DNA of 64,000 nucleotides, taken from NCBI GenBank assembly GCA_963718615.1, contig OY970368.1, forward strand, positions 4,864,001-4,928,000, read 5' to 3'. How positions within the stretch are numbered: position 1 is the first letter of the stretch; each line of letters starts with the position of its first letter. The position numbers and the translations under genes were made by a program. This stretch comes from an uncultured cyanobacterium (GTDB taxonomy: Bacteria > Cyanobacteriota > Cyanobacteriia > PCC-9006 > JAAUQQ01). Below the pieces are notes generated by a model that was not told the DNA's origin, made no database searches, and saw only the letters and a list, made by a program, of their open reading frames with translations. Below are positions 35,854-46,870 of this stretch, one piece after another.

Positions 35854-36171
35854 CTACAAATATTTATTCAACGTTTCCTCAAAAACCGAATAGGGCTTCA
35901 CCCCCACTAGTGTCTCCGCCAGGGCTCCATCCTTAAAAAACAGCACCGCCGGAATACTGCGAATGCTGTAGGTCTTCGCCAGGGACTTATTGGCATCCAA
36001 ATCGACTTTTACGACCTTTGCTTTGCCGGTGAACGCCTCTCCTAACTGATCCATTAAAGGGGCTACCAATTTGCAAGGTCCGCACCAAGAGGCCGTAAAA
36101 TCAGCCACCACAACGGTTTCTTGGGCAACCAATGCTTCAAAATCCTCAGCTTGCACATATTCAACAGTCAT
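35854..36171 (-). CDS. Thioredoxin
   Basis: DFTASWCGPC and IRSIP; start trimmed to ATG 36171 (105 aa). Confidence 0.93.
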   Translation of the reverse strand: MTVEYVQAEDFEALVAQETVVVADFTASWCGPCKLVAPLMDQLGEAFTGKAKVVKVDLDANKSLAKTYSIRSIPAVLFFKDGALAETLVGVKPYSVFEETLNKYL

Positions 36172-36449
36172 CGGTCGCTCTGGGGTAAAGGCTGTCAGCA
36201 GTTTAAAGCAATCGGCGACCGCCGGGACAGGGCGATCGGGTTGATCGGTCGGGTTCATCTGTAGGTCGTCAGGCCAAGGTGGCGATCGCCCTCTAGCCTC
36301 TTCTGGCATCGACCCTTGCAAATGGGAATGAATCTGTTAATGTTTAAGCGCAATCCTGCGGCAAACCCCAAAAAGCCTGCTAGGATTGGGTGCAAATTTT
36401 GGCGCAACCGCTGAAACCGTAAGCCGTTCAAGACTTTTGAAAAACCGGC

Positions 36450-37754
36450 ATGTCTCACGATATGAACCCCACCATGAAAAACATCAATGACCAGCACATG
36501 GACCGGAATATCGACCGGAGTGAGGTTCAGGCTGCGGGCAACACAGCGGTAATGGATCCAGAATTCCATCCTGAGACCTTTTCGGTCGATGGCTATGCCG
36601 ATCGCCTCATGGATGAACTGTTTGTGGGCGTCGAGTATCTCTTAGAAACCGGCACTGAACCAGAAACAGCGGCGACAGAGCCCGAGTACATTTCGATGAA
36701 AACCATCGAAATGCCCGATTTTGCCCTGCCCATCTCCCTAGAACCAGCGGGAGAATTGGTCACGGCCCCCGCCCGAACGGATGCGGCAGAAGCAGGGGAC
36801 ACGACAGCTACAACGGCAGCTACAACGGCGATCGCTCCGCCCTCCCAAGCCCGACCCGATTGGTCATTCCGGATTTTGTGGGGTTTATCGCTGATCTCCC
36901 TTGCCGGAGCCACCGCAATGGTCATGACCCAGTGGCAAAGTTATCGCAGCCTCCTGATGCAGCTCAGCGGTCAAGCCCCCGTCGCAGAAACCGTGGCGCT
37001 GGCCCCTACATCCCTGGAGTCTCCCAATCAGCAATTCGCAACCTATGTCCAGCGATCTCTCGAAGTCCTAAAGGATCAGCAAGCCATTAATCAAGCCAAT
37101 CAGGCCCTCAATCCCGGAACAGTGGCGATCGTGCCGCCGACCTCCCTACAGATTCCCAGCACCTCTGCCCTGCCCGCTGTTCCCGCCGCCCCCAGCGCTG
37201 CGACGGCGACCCCCTCTCAGCAGCAAGAAACCGGGACCGTCCTAGAGCGCATTTATATTCCGGTGTATCAAACCCCGAATGGTTTTATTCCGGTGGTTCC
37301 CGGCGTGCCGGTGCCGCCGTCCATGGCAGCTTTACCGGGGGGGGCGATCGCCACCAACCCATCCAGCCCCGCCAGCCCTTCAGCGCCCAGTACAGCCCCG
37401 GCCCCAGCGGCAGCAGCCAAACCCTCGTCCCCTGCGGCTAAATCCAGCCCAAGCCAGACGCAGTCCAGCCCAGCCAACCCGTCTAGCCAACCCGCATCAA
37501 CCAACCCAACCGTCGCCGCCGCTCCGCCCGCCGCGCCACAACCTGAGGCTGCCGCTGTGCAGACCCTCGTAGGGTTGTTAGAATTAGGCGATAGCTCGGC
37601 GGCGTTATTTGAAGTCAATGGGGTCACCCGTCGCTTTAGTTTGGGTGAAAAAATCGGCAACAGCGGCTGGAGCTTGGCAGAGATCAAAGCGGGTGAAGCA
37701 GTCATCCGTCGAAATGGGGAAGTGAAGTCGGTCTATGTCGGTCAAACTTTCTAG
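36450..37754 (+). CDS. Single-TM protein with Pro/Ala/Ser linker and a C-terminal GspC/PilP-like beta domain
   Basis: YADRLMDELF, one TM, VLERIYIPVY, LVGLLELGD...GEKIGNSGW...YVGQ; start uncertain. Confidence 0.65.
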   Translation: MSHDMNPTMKNINDQHMDRNIDRSEVQAAGNTAVMDPEFHPETFSVDGYADRLMDELFVGVEYLLETGTEPETAATEPEYISMKTIEMPDFALPISLEPAGELVTAPARTDAAEAGDTTATTAATTAIAPPSQARPDWSFRILWGLSLISLAGATAMVMTQWQSYRSLLMQLSGQAPVAETVALAPTSLESPNQQFATYVQRSLEVLKDQQAINQANQALNPGTVAIVPPTSLQIPSTSALPAVPAAPSAATATPSQQQETGTVLERIYIPVYQTPNGFIPVVPGVPVPPSMAALPGGAIATNPSSPASPSAPSTAPAPAAAAKPSSPAAKSSPSQTQSSPANPSSQPASTNPTVAAAPPAAPQPEAAAVQTLVGLLELGDSSAALFEVNGVTRRFSLGEKIGNSGWSLAEIKAGEAVIRRNGEVKSVYVGQTF

Positions 37755-37828
37755 GGTGGTGAAACTTTCTAGAAATGCGCGCTCCCTGTTCAAGGTGACG
37801 ATTGCACGACGATACGGAGTTTGAGGCC

Positions 37829-38416
37829 ATGGGTCTGTTTGACGATCTTAGTCGTTTTTTGGAGATGCGCCTGGAGGAGTTCCTGCGCAATAATCCCCAT
37901 TTGGAATTGCAAGCGCTGGAAGAACAGCTTCAGCAGCAGGAGTCAGATGCGATCGGTCTCTTGGCAGACTTGCAACGCCAGGAACGACAACTCAAGGACA
38001 ATATTCTGGGCACCGCAAAAGAGGTCCAGCTTTGGCACGAACGCATCGAAAAAGCCAAACGGGCCAATCGTCAGGATCTACTAGAACCAGCCCAGGAGCG
38101 GGAAGCGGCGTTGCTACGCCAAGGCAATATGCTCTGGGGACAAATGCAGGGAGTCAAGGAGCGTATCGAGCGCACGAAGGATTTAGTAAAGCAGATTCAG
38201 GTGCGGCGGCAGGAGGTGCGAGCCAAGGTCATGGCAGCCCAAGCAGAACGAACTGCAGCCCAAGCTCAGCAATCGACGCAGAATACCTGGGAAACAACCG
38301 GTTGGAACCAGAGTGTGAGCCAACGGTCTTCGGCAGGGGATGATTTGGAAGAAAAATTCCGCCGATGGGAACTCGAAGAGGAAATTGAGCAACTCAAGCG
38401 AGAAATTCGGCCCTAA
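37829..38416 (+). CDS. TIGR04376-family coiled-coil protein (PspA/IM30-like)
   Basis: MGLFDDLSRFLEMRLEEFLRNNPHLELQAL...DLEEKFRRWE; start trimmed to ATG 37829. Confidence 0.82.
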   Translation: MGLFDDLSRFLEMRLEEFLRNNPHLELQALEEQLQQQESDAIGLLADLQRQERQLKDNILGTAKEVQLWHERIEKAKRANRQDLLEPAQEREAALLRQGNMLWGQMQGVKERIERTKDLVKQIQVRRQEVRAKVMAAQAERTAAQAQQSTQNTWETTGWNQSVSQRSSAGDDLEEKFRRWELEEEIEQLKREIRP

Positions 38417-38440
38417 GACATGCCATTGACATAAGACCAA

Positions 38441-38478
38441 CCCTCTGAGTGATTTCATTCTACCAATCACTCAGAGGG
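38441..38478. terminator. 14-bp stem hairpin between convergent genes
   Basis: CCCTCTGAGTGATT...AATCACTCAGAGGG perfect inverted repeat. Confidence 0.7.
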
Positions 38479-38506
38479 CGTCTTTGTCAAATTCGGTTGT
38501 TGGCTT

Positions 38507-39691
38507 CTAACGATCCACCGACCCCATAATCACATCCACACTCCCCAGAATCGCCATAATATCCGCAACCTTCACACCCCGCAAAAGCTGGGGAAGAATT
38601 TGCAGATTGTTGAAGTCCGGAGCCCGAATCTTCCAGCGCCAGGGATAGACATCACCATTACCCTGAATAAAGATTCCCAACTCACCTTTGCCGCTTTCCA
38701 GGCGGACATAGTGTTCCCCCTCAGGCATCTTGAAGGTTGGGGCAACCTGCTTGGCAATGTACTTGTAGTCTGGACCGTTCCACTCTGACTTTTTGCCCTC
38801 CACTAGGCGCTTGGCTTCTAGGTTCTCAAAGGGACCCCCTGGTAAACCTTTCAGCGCTTGGCGAATAATCTTCACCGACTCACGCATCTCTGCAATGCGC
38901 ACCCGATAGCGAGCAAAACAATCCCCTTCGGTGGCTGTGGGTACATCCCATTCAAAGTCGTCATAGCATTCGTAATGATCGACCTTGCGCAGGTCCCACT
39001 TGATGCCTGTGGCCCGCAGCATTGGCCCCGAAAGGCTCCAGTTAATGGCCTCTTCCTGGGTAAAACCACCAACCCCCTCAACCCGGCGGCGGAAGATAGG
39101 GTTATCGGTGATTAGCTTTTCGTACTCGTCAATTTTGGGGTCGAAGTAATCACAGAAGTCTTCGCATTTATCCACCCAACCGTAGGGCAAATCTGCCGCG
39201 ACGCCACCAACCCGAAAATAGTTGTTGTTAATCAACCGCTGCCCCGTGGCGGCTTCCCAAAGGTCATAAATCATCTCCCGTTCCCGGAAAATATAGAAGA
39301 ATGGCGTTTGGGCTCCAACGTCGGCCATGAAGGGGCCAAGCCAGAGCAAATGGTTGGCGATGCGGTTGAGCTCCAGCATAATCACACGAATATAGCTGGC
39401 CCGCTTAGGCACAGGGATATCCGCCAATTTTTCCGGTGCATTCACCGTGATGGCTTCGTTGAACATGCCGGCGGCATAGTCCCAACGGCTGACGTAGGGC
39501 ACGTACATGACCGTCGTGCGGCTTTCGGCGATTTTTTCCATGCCCCGGTGGAGGTAGCCAATCACCGGCTCGCAGTCGATGACATTTTCTCCGTCGAGGG
39601 TCACGATTAACCGCAACACCCCATGCATCGAAGGGTGGTGTGGCCCCATGTTGAGGACCATGGGTTCGGTTCTGGTTTCGAGTTGGGCCAT
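38507..39691 (-). CDS. ndhH: NDH-1 subunit H
   Basis: [24 protein letters not shown] and C-terminal DVIMGSVDR. Confidence 0.98.
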   Translation of the reverse strand: MAQLETRTEPMVLNMGPHHPSMHGVLRLIVTLDGENVIDCEPVIGYLHRGMEKIAESRTTVMYVPYVSRWDYAAGMFNEAITVNAPEKLADIPVPKRASYIRVIMLELNRIANHLLWLGPFMADVGAQTPFFYIFREREMIYDLWEAATGQRLINNNYFRVGGVAADLPYGWVDKCEDFCDYFDPKIDEYEKLITDNPIFRRRVEGVGGFTQEEAINWSLSGPMLRATGIKWDLRKVDHYECYDDFEWDVPTATEGDCFARYRVRIAEMRESVKIIRQALKGLPGGPFENLEAKRLVEGKKSEWNGPDYKYIAKQVAPTFKMPEGEHYVRLESGKGELGIFIQGNGDVYPWRWKIRAPDFNNLQILPQLLRGVKVADIMAILGSVDVIMGSVDR

Positions 39692-39816
39692 GGATGAGGC
39701 GTCTCTTCAGTGCGGTGACTAGTGCAGTGACTGTAGCATTGTGAGTCTTTGCTCACCCTATAGCTTATCGGAATTGGACGGAGGGTGCAGCCGTTTCCTG
39801 AGGTTATTTGGGTTGT

Positions 39817-40962
39817 TTACGTCATGGCGAGGGCCTGGTGCAACACCTCAATGACATGGGTTTGCTGTGCGGGGGTGAGTCCAACCCAAAGGGGTAGGCG
39901 AATTAATCGGTTGGCAATGGACTCCGTGACCGTAAGCGGGGCTTGGAATCTACCGTAGCGCTGCCCTGCGGGTGAGTTATGGAGAGGGACGTAGTGGAAA
40001 ACAGCCCAGATTCCGTTTTGCTTAAAGGTTTCGAGGATCAGCTGACGCTCGATCTCGGGGGCTAGCAGAATATAGTACATATGAGCATTATGTTGGCAAT
40101 CTGGGGGGATGATGGGGCGGCGAATCATGCCTTCGGCTTCGAGCTGGGCCAAGTTTTTATGGTAGTACTGCCAAGTGGCTAGGCGTTTGGCCGTGATCTG
40201 GTCTGCTTCTTCCAGTTGTGCCCAGAGAAATGCGGCAATCAATTCCCCTGGCAAAAATGAGGATCCCACCTCCTGCCAGGTGTATTTATCCACTTCACCT
40301 CGGAAAAAACGGCTGCGATCGGTCCCTTTTTCCCGAATGATTTCGGCGCGTTGGCTAAATTCTGGATCATTCACCAGCAAGCAACCGCCTTCTCCTGAAA
40401 TGACGTTCTTGGTTTCGTGAAAACTATAGGCTCCCAGATGGCCGATGCTGCCCAGGGCTCTGCCTTTGTAGGTGGCCATCATGCCCTGGGCGGCGTCTTC
40501 GATGACTTTGAGTTTGTGGGTTTGGGCGATCGCCATAATCACATCCATCTCACACCCGACCCCTGCATAGTGGACAGGGGCGATCGCCTTAGTCCGAGGG
40601 GTAATCGCAGCTTCAATCAACGTTTCATCTAGGTTCAGTGTGTCTTCCCGCACATCGACAAACACGGGCACGGCCCCCCGCAGCACAAAGGCATTGGCGG
40701 TGGAGACGAAGGTATAGGAGGGCATAATCACCTCGTCCCCTGGCTCTAGATCGAGCAGCAGGGCGGAGAGTTCGAGGGCGGCGGTGCAGGAGTGGGTGAG
40801 GAGGGCTTTGGCACAGCCGCTGCGTTGTTCTAGCCAGGTGTGGCAGCGTTGGGTGAAGGGTCCGTCTCCGGCGAGGCGACCTTGGAAGTGAGCTTCGGCA
40901 ATGTAGTAAAGCTCTTTTCCCGTCATATGGGGCCAATTGAATGGAATAGAATTTTTGTTCAT
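39817..40962 (-). CDS. rffA: dTDP-4-amino-4,6-dideoxygalactose transaminase (RffA/WecE-like)
   Basis: SCTAALE, EDAAQG, SFHETKN, EKGTDRSRFFRGEVDKYTW; ATGA overlap with the upstream gene. Confidence 0.9.
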   Translation of the reverse strand: MNKNSIPFNWPHMTGKELYYIAEAHFQGRLAGDGPFTQRCHTWLEQRSGCAKALLTHSCTAALELSALLLDLEPGDEVIMPSYTFVSTANAFVLRGAVPVFVDVREDTLNLDETLIEAAITPRTKAIAPVHYAGVGCEMDVIMAIAQTHKLKVIEDAAQGMMATYKGRALGSIGHLGAYSFHETKNVISGEGGCLLVNDPEFSQRAEIIREKGTDRSRFFRGEVDKYTWQEVGSSFLPGELIAAFLWAQLEEADQITAKRLATWQYYHKNLAQLEAEGMIRRPIIPPDCQHNAHMYYILLAPEIERQLILETFKQNGIWAVFHYVPLHNSPAGQRYGRFQAPLTVTESIANRLIRLPLWVGLTPAQQTHVIEVLHQALAMT

Positions 40963-42593
40963 GTTTCGCAATTCAATCGCTGTATTTGGATTGACTGAGT
41001 TGCCTGTTCGACTTTTTGCTTGAAGCTCCCTTCGAAAGATTCTTGGCAATAGAGCCGAAGCATTTCGGTCTGTGCCGGAGAACTCATAACGAGCACTCCA
41101 TTCGGTTGCCTTAGCCGTTCAATCATCCCGTTCTCACTCTGTTGCTGCTGATAAGAAACTGAAAAAGGAGCATGAGTGAACACACCTAAAGGATAGAGCT
41201 GAATGTGGCTGAAGGCTAAAGGCCTAGCGAGCACCGGATAGGCAAATTCAAAGGGAAATTCGGCCCCCCAGATTACAACAGGTTCATTCGGGAAATGGGT
41301 CAAGTCGGCTTGAACTTGCTGGGTCTTTTCCTGGGATGCAGCTTGCTCTGGCACTAAAATCACAAAATTCCACGCACAAACAATCAATAAAGTAAAGACC
41401 ATCATCGATTGACGGAGTCGTTTAGAAGAAAATTTTAGATTGTAGGACGATTGAGATGATTGCAACAAAGAAAAGGCAAGTAAAAGGATCAATAATGGAA
41501 TATAAACCCGTAAGATGCCAGGACGCCCCAGGATTCCAGTACTGAAACTAGCCCCAAGAAAGAGAAACCAGGCAATCGCAGTTGGCCATTTCGGATTGAT
41601 GCAAAACAGAAAGATAGCCGAAAACGAAAGGGGAAGAATTATGGGATGGGTAATTGCTTTCACCGCAGCCACACCCTGAAACCAGCTAGCTACCAGGAAA
41701 GGGATTGATCCCAATTCATTTAGCATGCTCATTAAGGTTTGGGGATTTGCAATGTGAGGATCTGCAAAAAACCAATGGGTGACTAAAGCCAAATCGTTAT
41801 CAGAGAAACCGTAACGAGCCATAATGTCGGGGCGTTGTCTGAGGTGCTCCGATGCACCAAAGTCTGTGAAGGGTGCCCGAGCAGTATTGAGTTGATTAAA
41901 ATATTGCCAGATCTGGCCCGTATAGCTGTGAGCCTCAAGCATGCTTGCTAAGAGGATACCTAGCCCCAGAAACAAGAGGCCAACTTGTAGCGATCGCTGT
42001 TTCCCAATAGCAGCCCAAGGCAACAGTGGCAGGGCAACAAATATCACAAGCATGAATTCCTGACTTCTCACAAGAAAGCCCAGAAAAGCTAAAATTAAAG
42101 CGCTGATTAGAAGAAGAAGAGATTTACATTGCTGGCTTGTATAGGCTCGAAGGCCAAGAATTGAAGCAACGGTGAGCAATCCTGAATTAATTGTAAACTG
42201 GGGGAACAGCATGGGTCGCGAAAAAATAAGCAGAAGACCCAACACAGCGATAGTTTTGCTTACTCTTAATTTTAATAGTGAGTAGAGGATGAGCCAAGCT
42301 GATAAACCCAGGCAAAGGAGGGTTGCAGATGAATAACCAACAATGCCATTAAAGTCAGGAATAACGCGGACGATATATCCCCAAATCGGATTTGAGAAGA
42401 TTAAGTAGGGTGAGCCGTAGGTTGCCAAACCATAACCATGAGCAACCATAGACATACCTACATCATCATTGGTTTCCCAGCGTGGCTCAAAGAAAAAGGA
42501 AAATACAACAAGAATTAAAATAGCTATACTAAATGACAGTAAGCCCTCGTATTTTCGAGTTATTCGAGTGAAGGATGGTAAACGGTTAAGCAC
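40959..42593 (-). CDS. Polytopic membrane protein, possible GT-C glycosyltransferase
   Basis: About 11 TMs; acidic ETNDD motif after TM1; GTG start overlapping the upstream gene. Confidence 0.6.
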   Translation of the reverse strand: MLNRLPSFTRITRKYEGLLSFSIAILILVVFSFFFEPRWETNDDVGMSMVAHGYGLATYGSPYLIFSNPIWGYIVRVIPDFNGIVGYSSATLLCLGLSAWLILYSLLKLRVSKTIAVLGLLLIFSRPMLFPQFTINSGLLTVASILGLRAYTSQQCKSLLLLISALILAFLGFLVRSQEFMLVIFVALPLLPWAAIGKQRSLQVGLLFLGLGILLASMLEAHSYTGQIWQYFNQLNTARAPFTDFGASEHLRQRPDIMARYGFSDNDLALVTHWFFADPHIANPQTLMSMLNELGSIPFLVASWFQGVAAVKAITHPIILPLSFSAIFLFCINPKWPTAIAWFLFLGASFSTGILGRPGILRVYIPLLILLLAFSLLQSSQSSYNLKFSSKRLRQSMMVFTLLIVCAWNFVILVPEQAASQEKTQQVQADLTHFPNEPVVIWGAEFPFEFAYPVLARPLAFSHIQLYPLGVFTHAPFSVSYQQQQSENGMIERLRQPNGVLVMSSPAQTEMLRLYCQESFEGSFKQKVEQATQSIQIQRLNCET

Positions 42594-42963
42594 GACTTAC
42601 TAATACTGTTCCTAATACAATAAAACTCACCCCAATTGCCTTCAGGACGGATATTGACTCTCCTAAAATAACTATACTTAGAAGCATGACGAGCACAAAA
42701 TTTAAGCTCATAAAGGGATAGGCATAACTCAACTCAAACTTTGTCATTGCAGCCATCCAAGCCAAGGAAGCCAAAAAGGCTGCTGCAAATCCTGAAAATA
42801 TTGCGGGGTCTAGGAGAAGAGAAAGAAGGAATTTCAGTTTGTCTAGGGCTTCTGTGGGTAATGAACCAAAATTTTCAATTCTCCACTTAAGAATTAGCTG
42901 ACCATATACAGTAAAAATAATGGTAGCTAGAATATAGAGATAATCAAGAATTCTGTGCGTCAC
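42586..42963 (-). CDS. Small 4-TM EamA/SMR-like protein (ArnE/ArnF-like flippase candidate)
   Basis: GQLILK, LSYAYPFMSL and LGESIS motifs; 125 aa. Confidence 0.78.
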   Translation of the reverse strand: MTHRILDYLYILATIIFTVYGQLILKWRIENFGSLPTEALDKLKFLLSLLLDPAIFSGFAAAFLASLAWMAAMTKFELSYAYPFMSLNFVLVMLLSIVILGESISVLKAIGVSFIVLGTVLVSRA

Positions 42964-42968
42964 TTTAA

Positions 42969-43883
42969 TTACTCCAGAATGGCGATACCAAAGCCTGTTT
43001 CACCATAATTGTTGCCATTGTAAAGCATAAATCGCTGGTCTTTATGATCAAAAATAAAGGGATATTCAATCATTTCAGAATCCCAACCCGACGCGGAGAC
43101 ATTGATGCCAGCGATATCATCCTCTCGCTTCCAATTTCGCCCATCTTCTGACTCCGCATACCCAATGCGATAGGTCTTACCTCGAAATGAATACCACATT
43201 TTCCAGCCCTTTTTATCCTTAATAACAGACGGACGAGAAATGGCATATTCCTCTTCATTGAGGTAATCAATCGCAACATGTCCATCTCTTTTCCAATAAA
43301 CTCCATCTTCTGACTCCGCATACTTAATATGATAAGAATGTCTTGGATGACCATCTTGCATTGACCAGCCGGTGCATGACAAGTACCACATTCGCCAAGA
43401 ATCTTCAGTGGGTACAACAGCACAGCTAGCACAAAAATGAGGTTCTTGAGGTGAGCGATCGATAATAGGGCCAGGTGCAAACCGTTTAAACTCAGGTTCT
43501 TGCTCGACATTTGAATTGCTAATTGCTAAGCCGATTGAATTTCGAAAAGGAACTGTCACACCTAAATTCCATCCAATATAGTACAAGAGTCTATGTTTTT
43601 CTGTGCGAACCAACCAAGTTGCCATCGCTCCACTATCATCAAATTCACCTAATTTTCCAGGCGACAATACTGGAAAATGTGAAATCTGAAGAATTTTCTG
43701 AGGGGTGTTGATGTCTATTATGACAAAAGCTGTATGAGATCGATTCTTAAAGTCCCGAGTGCTAAAATAGATTCGAAACAAATCATCTTTAATGTGCTCG
43801 GCAATGGGGACAGCAGCATGGGATTGCATCCATTTCTTTTCTCCTGTAGGACAAAAGATTAGTCCCAGTTTCTTCCATTTCAT
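42969..43883 (-). CDS. Five-bladed beta-propeller glycoside-hydrolase-like protein (GH32/43/130 superfamily)
   Basis: Repeated YAESEDGxxW, MWY and GWDSEMIEYP blade motifs. Confidence 0.72.
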   Translation of the reverse strand: MKWKKLGLIFCPTGEKKWMQSHAAVPIAEHIKDDLFRIYFSTRDFKNRSHTAFVIIDINTPQKILQISHFPVLSPGKLGEFDDSGAMATWLVRTEKHRLLYYIGWNLGVTVPFRNSIGLAISNSNVEQEPEFKRFAPGPIIDRSPQEPHFCASCAVVPTEDSWRMWYLSCTGWSMQDGHPRHSYHIKYAESEDGVYWKRDGHVAIDYLNEEEYAISRPSVIKDKKGWKMWYSFRGKTYRIGYAESEDGRNWKREDDIAGINVSASGWDSEMIEYPFIFDHKDQRFMLYNGNNYGETGFGIAILE

Positions 43884-43891
43884 AACGCCAC

Positions 43892-44557
43892 TCAAATCCT
43901 TTTCAGCCTACTACTAGGAACACGCGATCGCTCCGTCGTCGCCCCAATATAAACCCCATCCGGCTCAGCATCCTTCAACAACAACGCCCCCGCCCCAATT
44001 ACACAACGTTCACCAATCGTAATATGATCCCGTAACGTTGCATTCACGCCAATAAAACAGAAAGATTTGATCTCAACCCCACCCGAAACCACTACATGGG
44101 AAGCCAAAAAACAGTGATCCTGAATCACAGAATGATGACCAATATGATTCCCACTCCACAACGTCACATTATTTCCAATCTTTACAAAAGGCTGAATTGT
44201 ATTGTCCTCTAAGATAAAACAATTATCACCAATACAACTCTCATTCAAAATCGTTGCATGAGAACTCACATAACTAGCAAGGTCATAGCCCAACGCCTTC
44301 ACCAGATCATACTTCTCCTGACGCAATCGATTTAGCTTGCTATAACTCAGTGCCACAAATAGCTCATACTCACCCGGCGGATAGTGTTCCGTAATTGCTT
44401 CAAAAGGCACTACAGGCAAGCCACAAAATACAGGCTCCGTTAAGTAAGCCGTATCAACAGTAAAGGCAATGACGTCATAATCAGAATCATGGCAAAAGTA
44501 ATAATGGGCCAGTTGCGCAATCTCTCCTGTACCAAAAATCACCAAAGGCTTCTTCAT
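43892..44557 (-). CDS. Sugar acetyltransferase, NeuD/PglD-like hexapeptide family
   Basis: LVIFGTG Rossmann-like start, HIGHHSVI, hexapeptide repeats. Confidence 0.88.
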   Translation of the reverse strand: MKKPLVIFGTGEIAQLAHYYFCHDSDYDVIAFTVDTAYLTEPVFCGLPVVPFEAITEHYPPGEYELFVALSYSKLNRLRQEKYDLVKALGYDLASYVSSHATILNESCIGDNCFILEDNTIQPFVKIGNNVTLWSGNHIGHHSVIQDHCFLASHVVVSGGVEIKSFCFIGVNATLRDHITIGERCVIGAGALLLKDAEPDGVYIGATTERSRVPSSRLKRI

Positions 44558-45201
44558 CCAGCTTTCCTCACCAAAATTGTAAACTCATATAGTCCATAGT
44601 CATGAAGCAAAGCCACCTGTCGTGAATAGGATCGCTTACATCGATCAAACCAAAAACAAGGATCGGCATAATGTAAATTATCCCGCATCTTATCCACATC
44701 TGAATAGGAGGTTAAGCAATTAAAGGCAAAGCCAAAACGACTGGTTTGATTGAGAATGTCAACGGTGGATTCAATATAGGATTGCCACTCCGCATAACTC
44801 CGCTCCATTTGCACATTAAAAATACCGCTGGCAATGCCATAGTCTGCGATTTCTAAGGGCTCAGAGGCAACGTGAAACCTGCGATTAGAATCCGGATAAG
44901 ATCTAGCGCTGAAACGCGATCGCGCCACTTCAACCATCTCCCGAGAAACATCATAACCAGCATAGTCAAAATTACGATACCGTTCAGCTAAATAATCCAA
45001 TAAAGCACCATAGCCACAACCCAGATCGTTGAGAGAGAAACCGTTTGATTGTGGCAGAATCCGAGTGAGTTGTTCAAACCGAAGCACTTGGCTTTCAGAT
45101 CCATTCCAATCTACCCCTTGGGGAGTATCACCATGCACAGAAAGTTTTGCCGCATAGTAGCTAGCGACTTCAGACAATAAATCAGTCATATGATTTTCCA
45201 T
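44554..45201 (-). CDS. Class I SAM-dependent methyltransferase
   Basis: GVDW, DLGCGYG, GYDVS and ASGIFN motifs; start trimmed (uncertain). Confidence 0.87.
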   Translation of the reverse strand: MENHMTDLLSEVASYYAAKLSVHGDTPQGVDWNGSESQVLRFEQLTRILPQSNGFSLNDLGCGYGALLDYLAERYRNFDYAGYDVSREMVEVARSRFSARSYPDSNRRFHVASEPLEIADYGIASGIFNVQMERSYAEWQSYIESTVDILNQTSRFGFAFNCLTSYSDVDKMRDNLHYADPCFWFDRCKRSYSRQVALLHDYGLYEFTILVRKAG

Positions 45202-46111
45202 AGATTCGTCGCACAATCGTATAGGGTCGTTGCTTTGTTTCTGAAAAGATCTTAGAAAGATAAATGCCAATCACACCAATAAACGAAATAACTAATCCAC
45301 CCAAAAGCCAGATCGAAGCCATTACAGAAGTCCAGCCACTAAGAGGCTTGGCAAAAAATAATCGATTGACAACTAAGTAAAGCGTGAACAAACTGGCAAT
45401 TAGAAATATGGTTAAACCAACATAAAAGATTCCAATCAAGGGCGTATTACTAAACGAGGTGACTGAATTGATCAGCAACGACATCTTGCGGCGGAAAGTA
45501 TATGTGGTCTCGCTAGTGCTTTGTTTAGTGACATGTTGAGGTCGCTGAAAAAAACCCGTAATATGCCATAGTCCTGCCATGAAAACCTCCCGCTCTCGGT
45601 GACTTAGCAATGCTTTAACATAACGATGGGTCATCAGTCGTGCTGTCACAACATTACGAGGCAGGGCTAATCCTGTTAGTGCCTGAAATAGTGTATAAAA
45701 CCATTGTCCTGTTAGCCGTTCAAACAAATTGCCTTTGCGTTGATACTGTACACCATAGACCACATCACAATCTTCAGCTTTGAGCTGGGGGTAGAAATCC
45801 AAGAGCCATTCTGGCGCTTCTTCCAAATCGCTATCGATTAGAAAAATATAGTCTGCATCCGCATAGGTAAGCCCCGTCATCATGGCTTTGTGGTGACCAA
45901 AATTACGAGAGAGATCGATGACTTTCAGATGCGGATCTTCCTGACTCAGGGCCACCGCAACTGCCAAACTCTGATCCGGTGAGCCATCATTAACCAAAAC
46001 TATCTCATAGTCTTCGCCCACGAGCTGTTTTGCTGCCTCGGCAGAGCGATCGCAAAACTCGTGAATATAGGGCTCAGACCGATAGAGCGTTGCAACGATA
46101 GATAGCTTCAT
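45182..46111 (-). CDS. GT2 polyprenol-phosphate glycosyltransferase (GtrB/ArnC-like)
   Basis: [21 protein letters not shown], two C-terminal TMs, ETKQRPY. Confidence 0.9.
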   Translation of the reverse strand: MKLSIVATLYRSEPYIHEFCDRSAEAAKQLVGEDYEIVLVNDGSPDQSLAVAVALSQEDPHLKVIDLSRNFGHHKAMMTGLTYADADYIFLIDSDLEEAPEWLLDFYPQLKAEDCDVVYGVQYQRKGNLFERLTGQWFYTLFQALTGLALPRNVVTARLMTHRYVKALLSHREREVFMAGLWHITGFFQRPQHVTKQSTSETTYTFRRKMSLLINSVTSFSNTPLIGIFYVGLTIFLIASLFTLYLVVNRLFFAKPLSGWTSVMASIWLLGGLVISFIGVIGIYLSKIFSETKQRPYTIVRRIYGKSYD

Positions 46112-46803
46112 GGCCGCACATACCGCATGTACTGAGGGGTTTCAGGGCCACAGTTAAACAGCATGTCCAGAATAGTAACACCGTGGACGAACTCTCCCCA
46201 AAGCTGAGGATATTCCCCGTAGCCCCCGTAATCAAACCAGGTCACCTTGATATTTTGGGCCGCAAAGATCGACTCGTCTAAGTACTCTTGGGCGGCTGGT
46301 CCTGAGAAATATTCCGATGCTTGGGCTTGACGACAAAGGTACGCTAGACGCTCGGTCTTGCCCTCAATCAGCTGATAGTCCCAGGAATTGCGAATCGTTG
46401 TCGTGATACCCAAATAGCGGCACACGGCCTCAATCAAATCTCGGTTGAGGGCTGATAGATGGCTGTAGATGCGATCGCGATAATAGGGCTCTAGCCATTG
46501 GGCAACCTCGGTGAAATAGGGCGATCGCCCATAATTACACACCAAAGCCTTCCAATGATCCGCCGCCCAAGCCGTATCCCGAATCTCGGTCTCACGAATG
46601 GTTTGCAGATATTTACCCTTCACCTGCACCGGCACGGTTAACCATTGTAGTCCTTGAGGCGTTTTGATCTTATTACGGTTGCGCCAATCCCGCCGCGTGT
46701 ATTGCATATCGTCGTAGAGAATGAACTCATCGACTGCCGCAATCAAGTCAAAATAGCCCTTCCAAGGAATGTAGTTAGACTGAAGAATAGCAACCTTTTT
46801 CAT
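46108..46803 (-). CDS. wbqC: WbqC-family protein (putative glycyltransferase)
   Basis: [30 protein letters not shown] and ILDMLFN motifs. Confidence 0.9.
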   Translation of the reverse strand: MKKVAILQSNYIPWKGYFDLIAAVDEFILYDDMQYTRRDWRNRNKIKTPQGLQWLTVPVQVKGKYLQTIRETEIRDTAWAADHWKALVCNYGRSPYFTEVAQWLEPYYRDRIYSHLSALNRDLIEAVCRYLGITTTIRNSWDYQLIEGKTERLAYLCRQAQASEYFSGPAAQEYLDESIFAAQNIKVTWFDYGGYGEYPQLWGEFVHGVTILDMLFNCGPETPQYMRYVRP

Positions 46804-46870
46804 ACCCCTACTCACTCACATTTAGCGATCAACAGCATTCCAGAGCCCTGACGCCAGAGTCCTAACCAGA

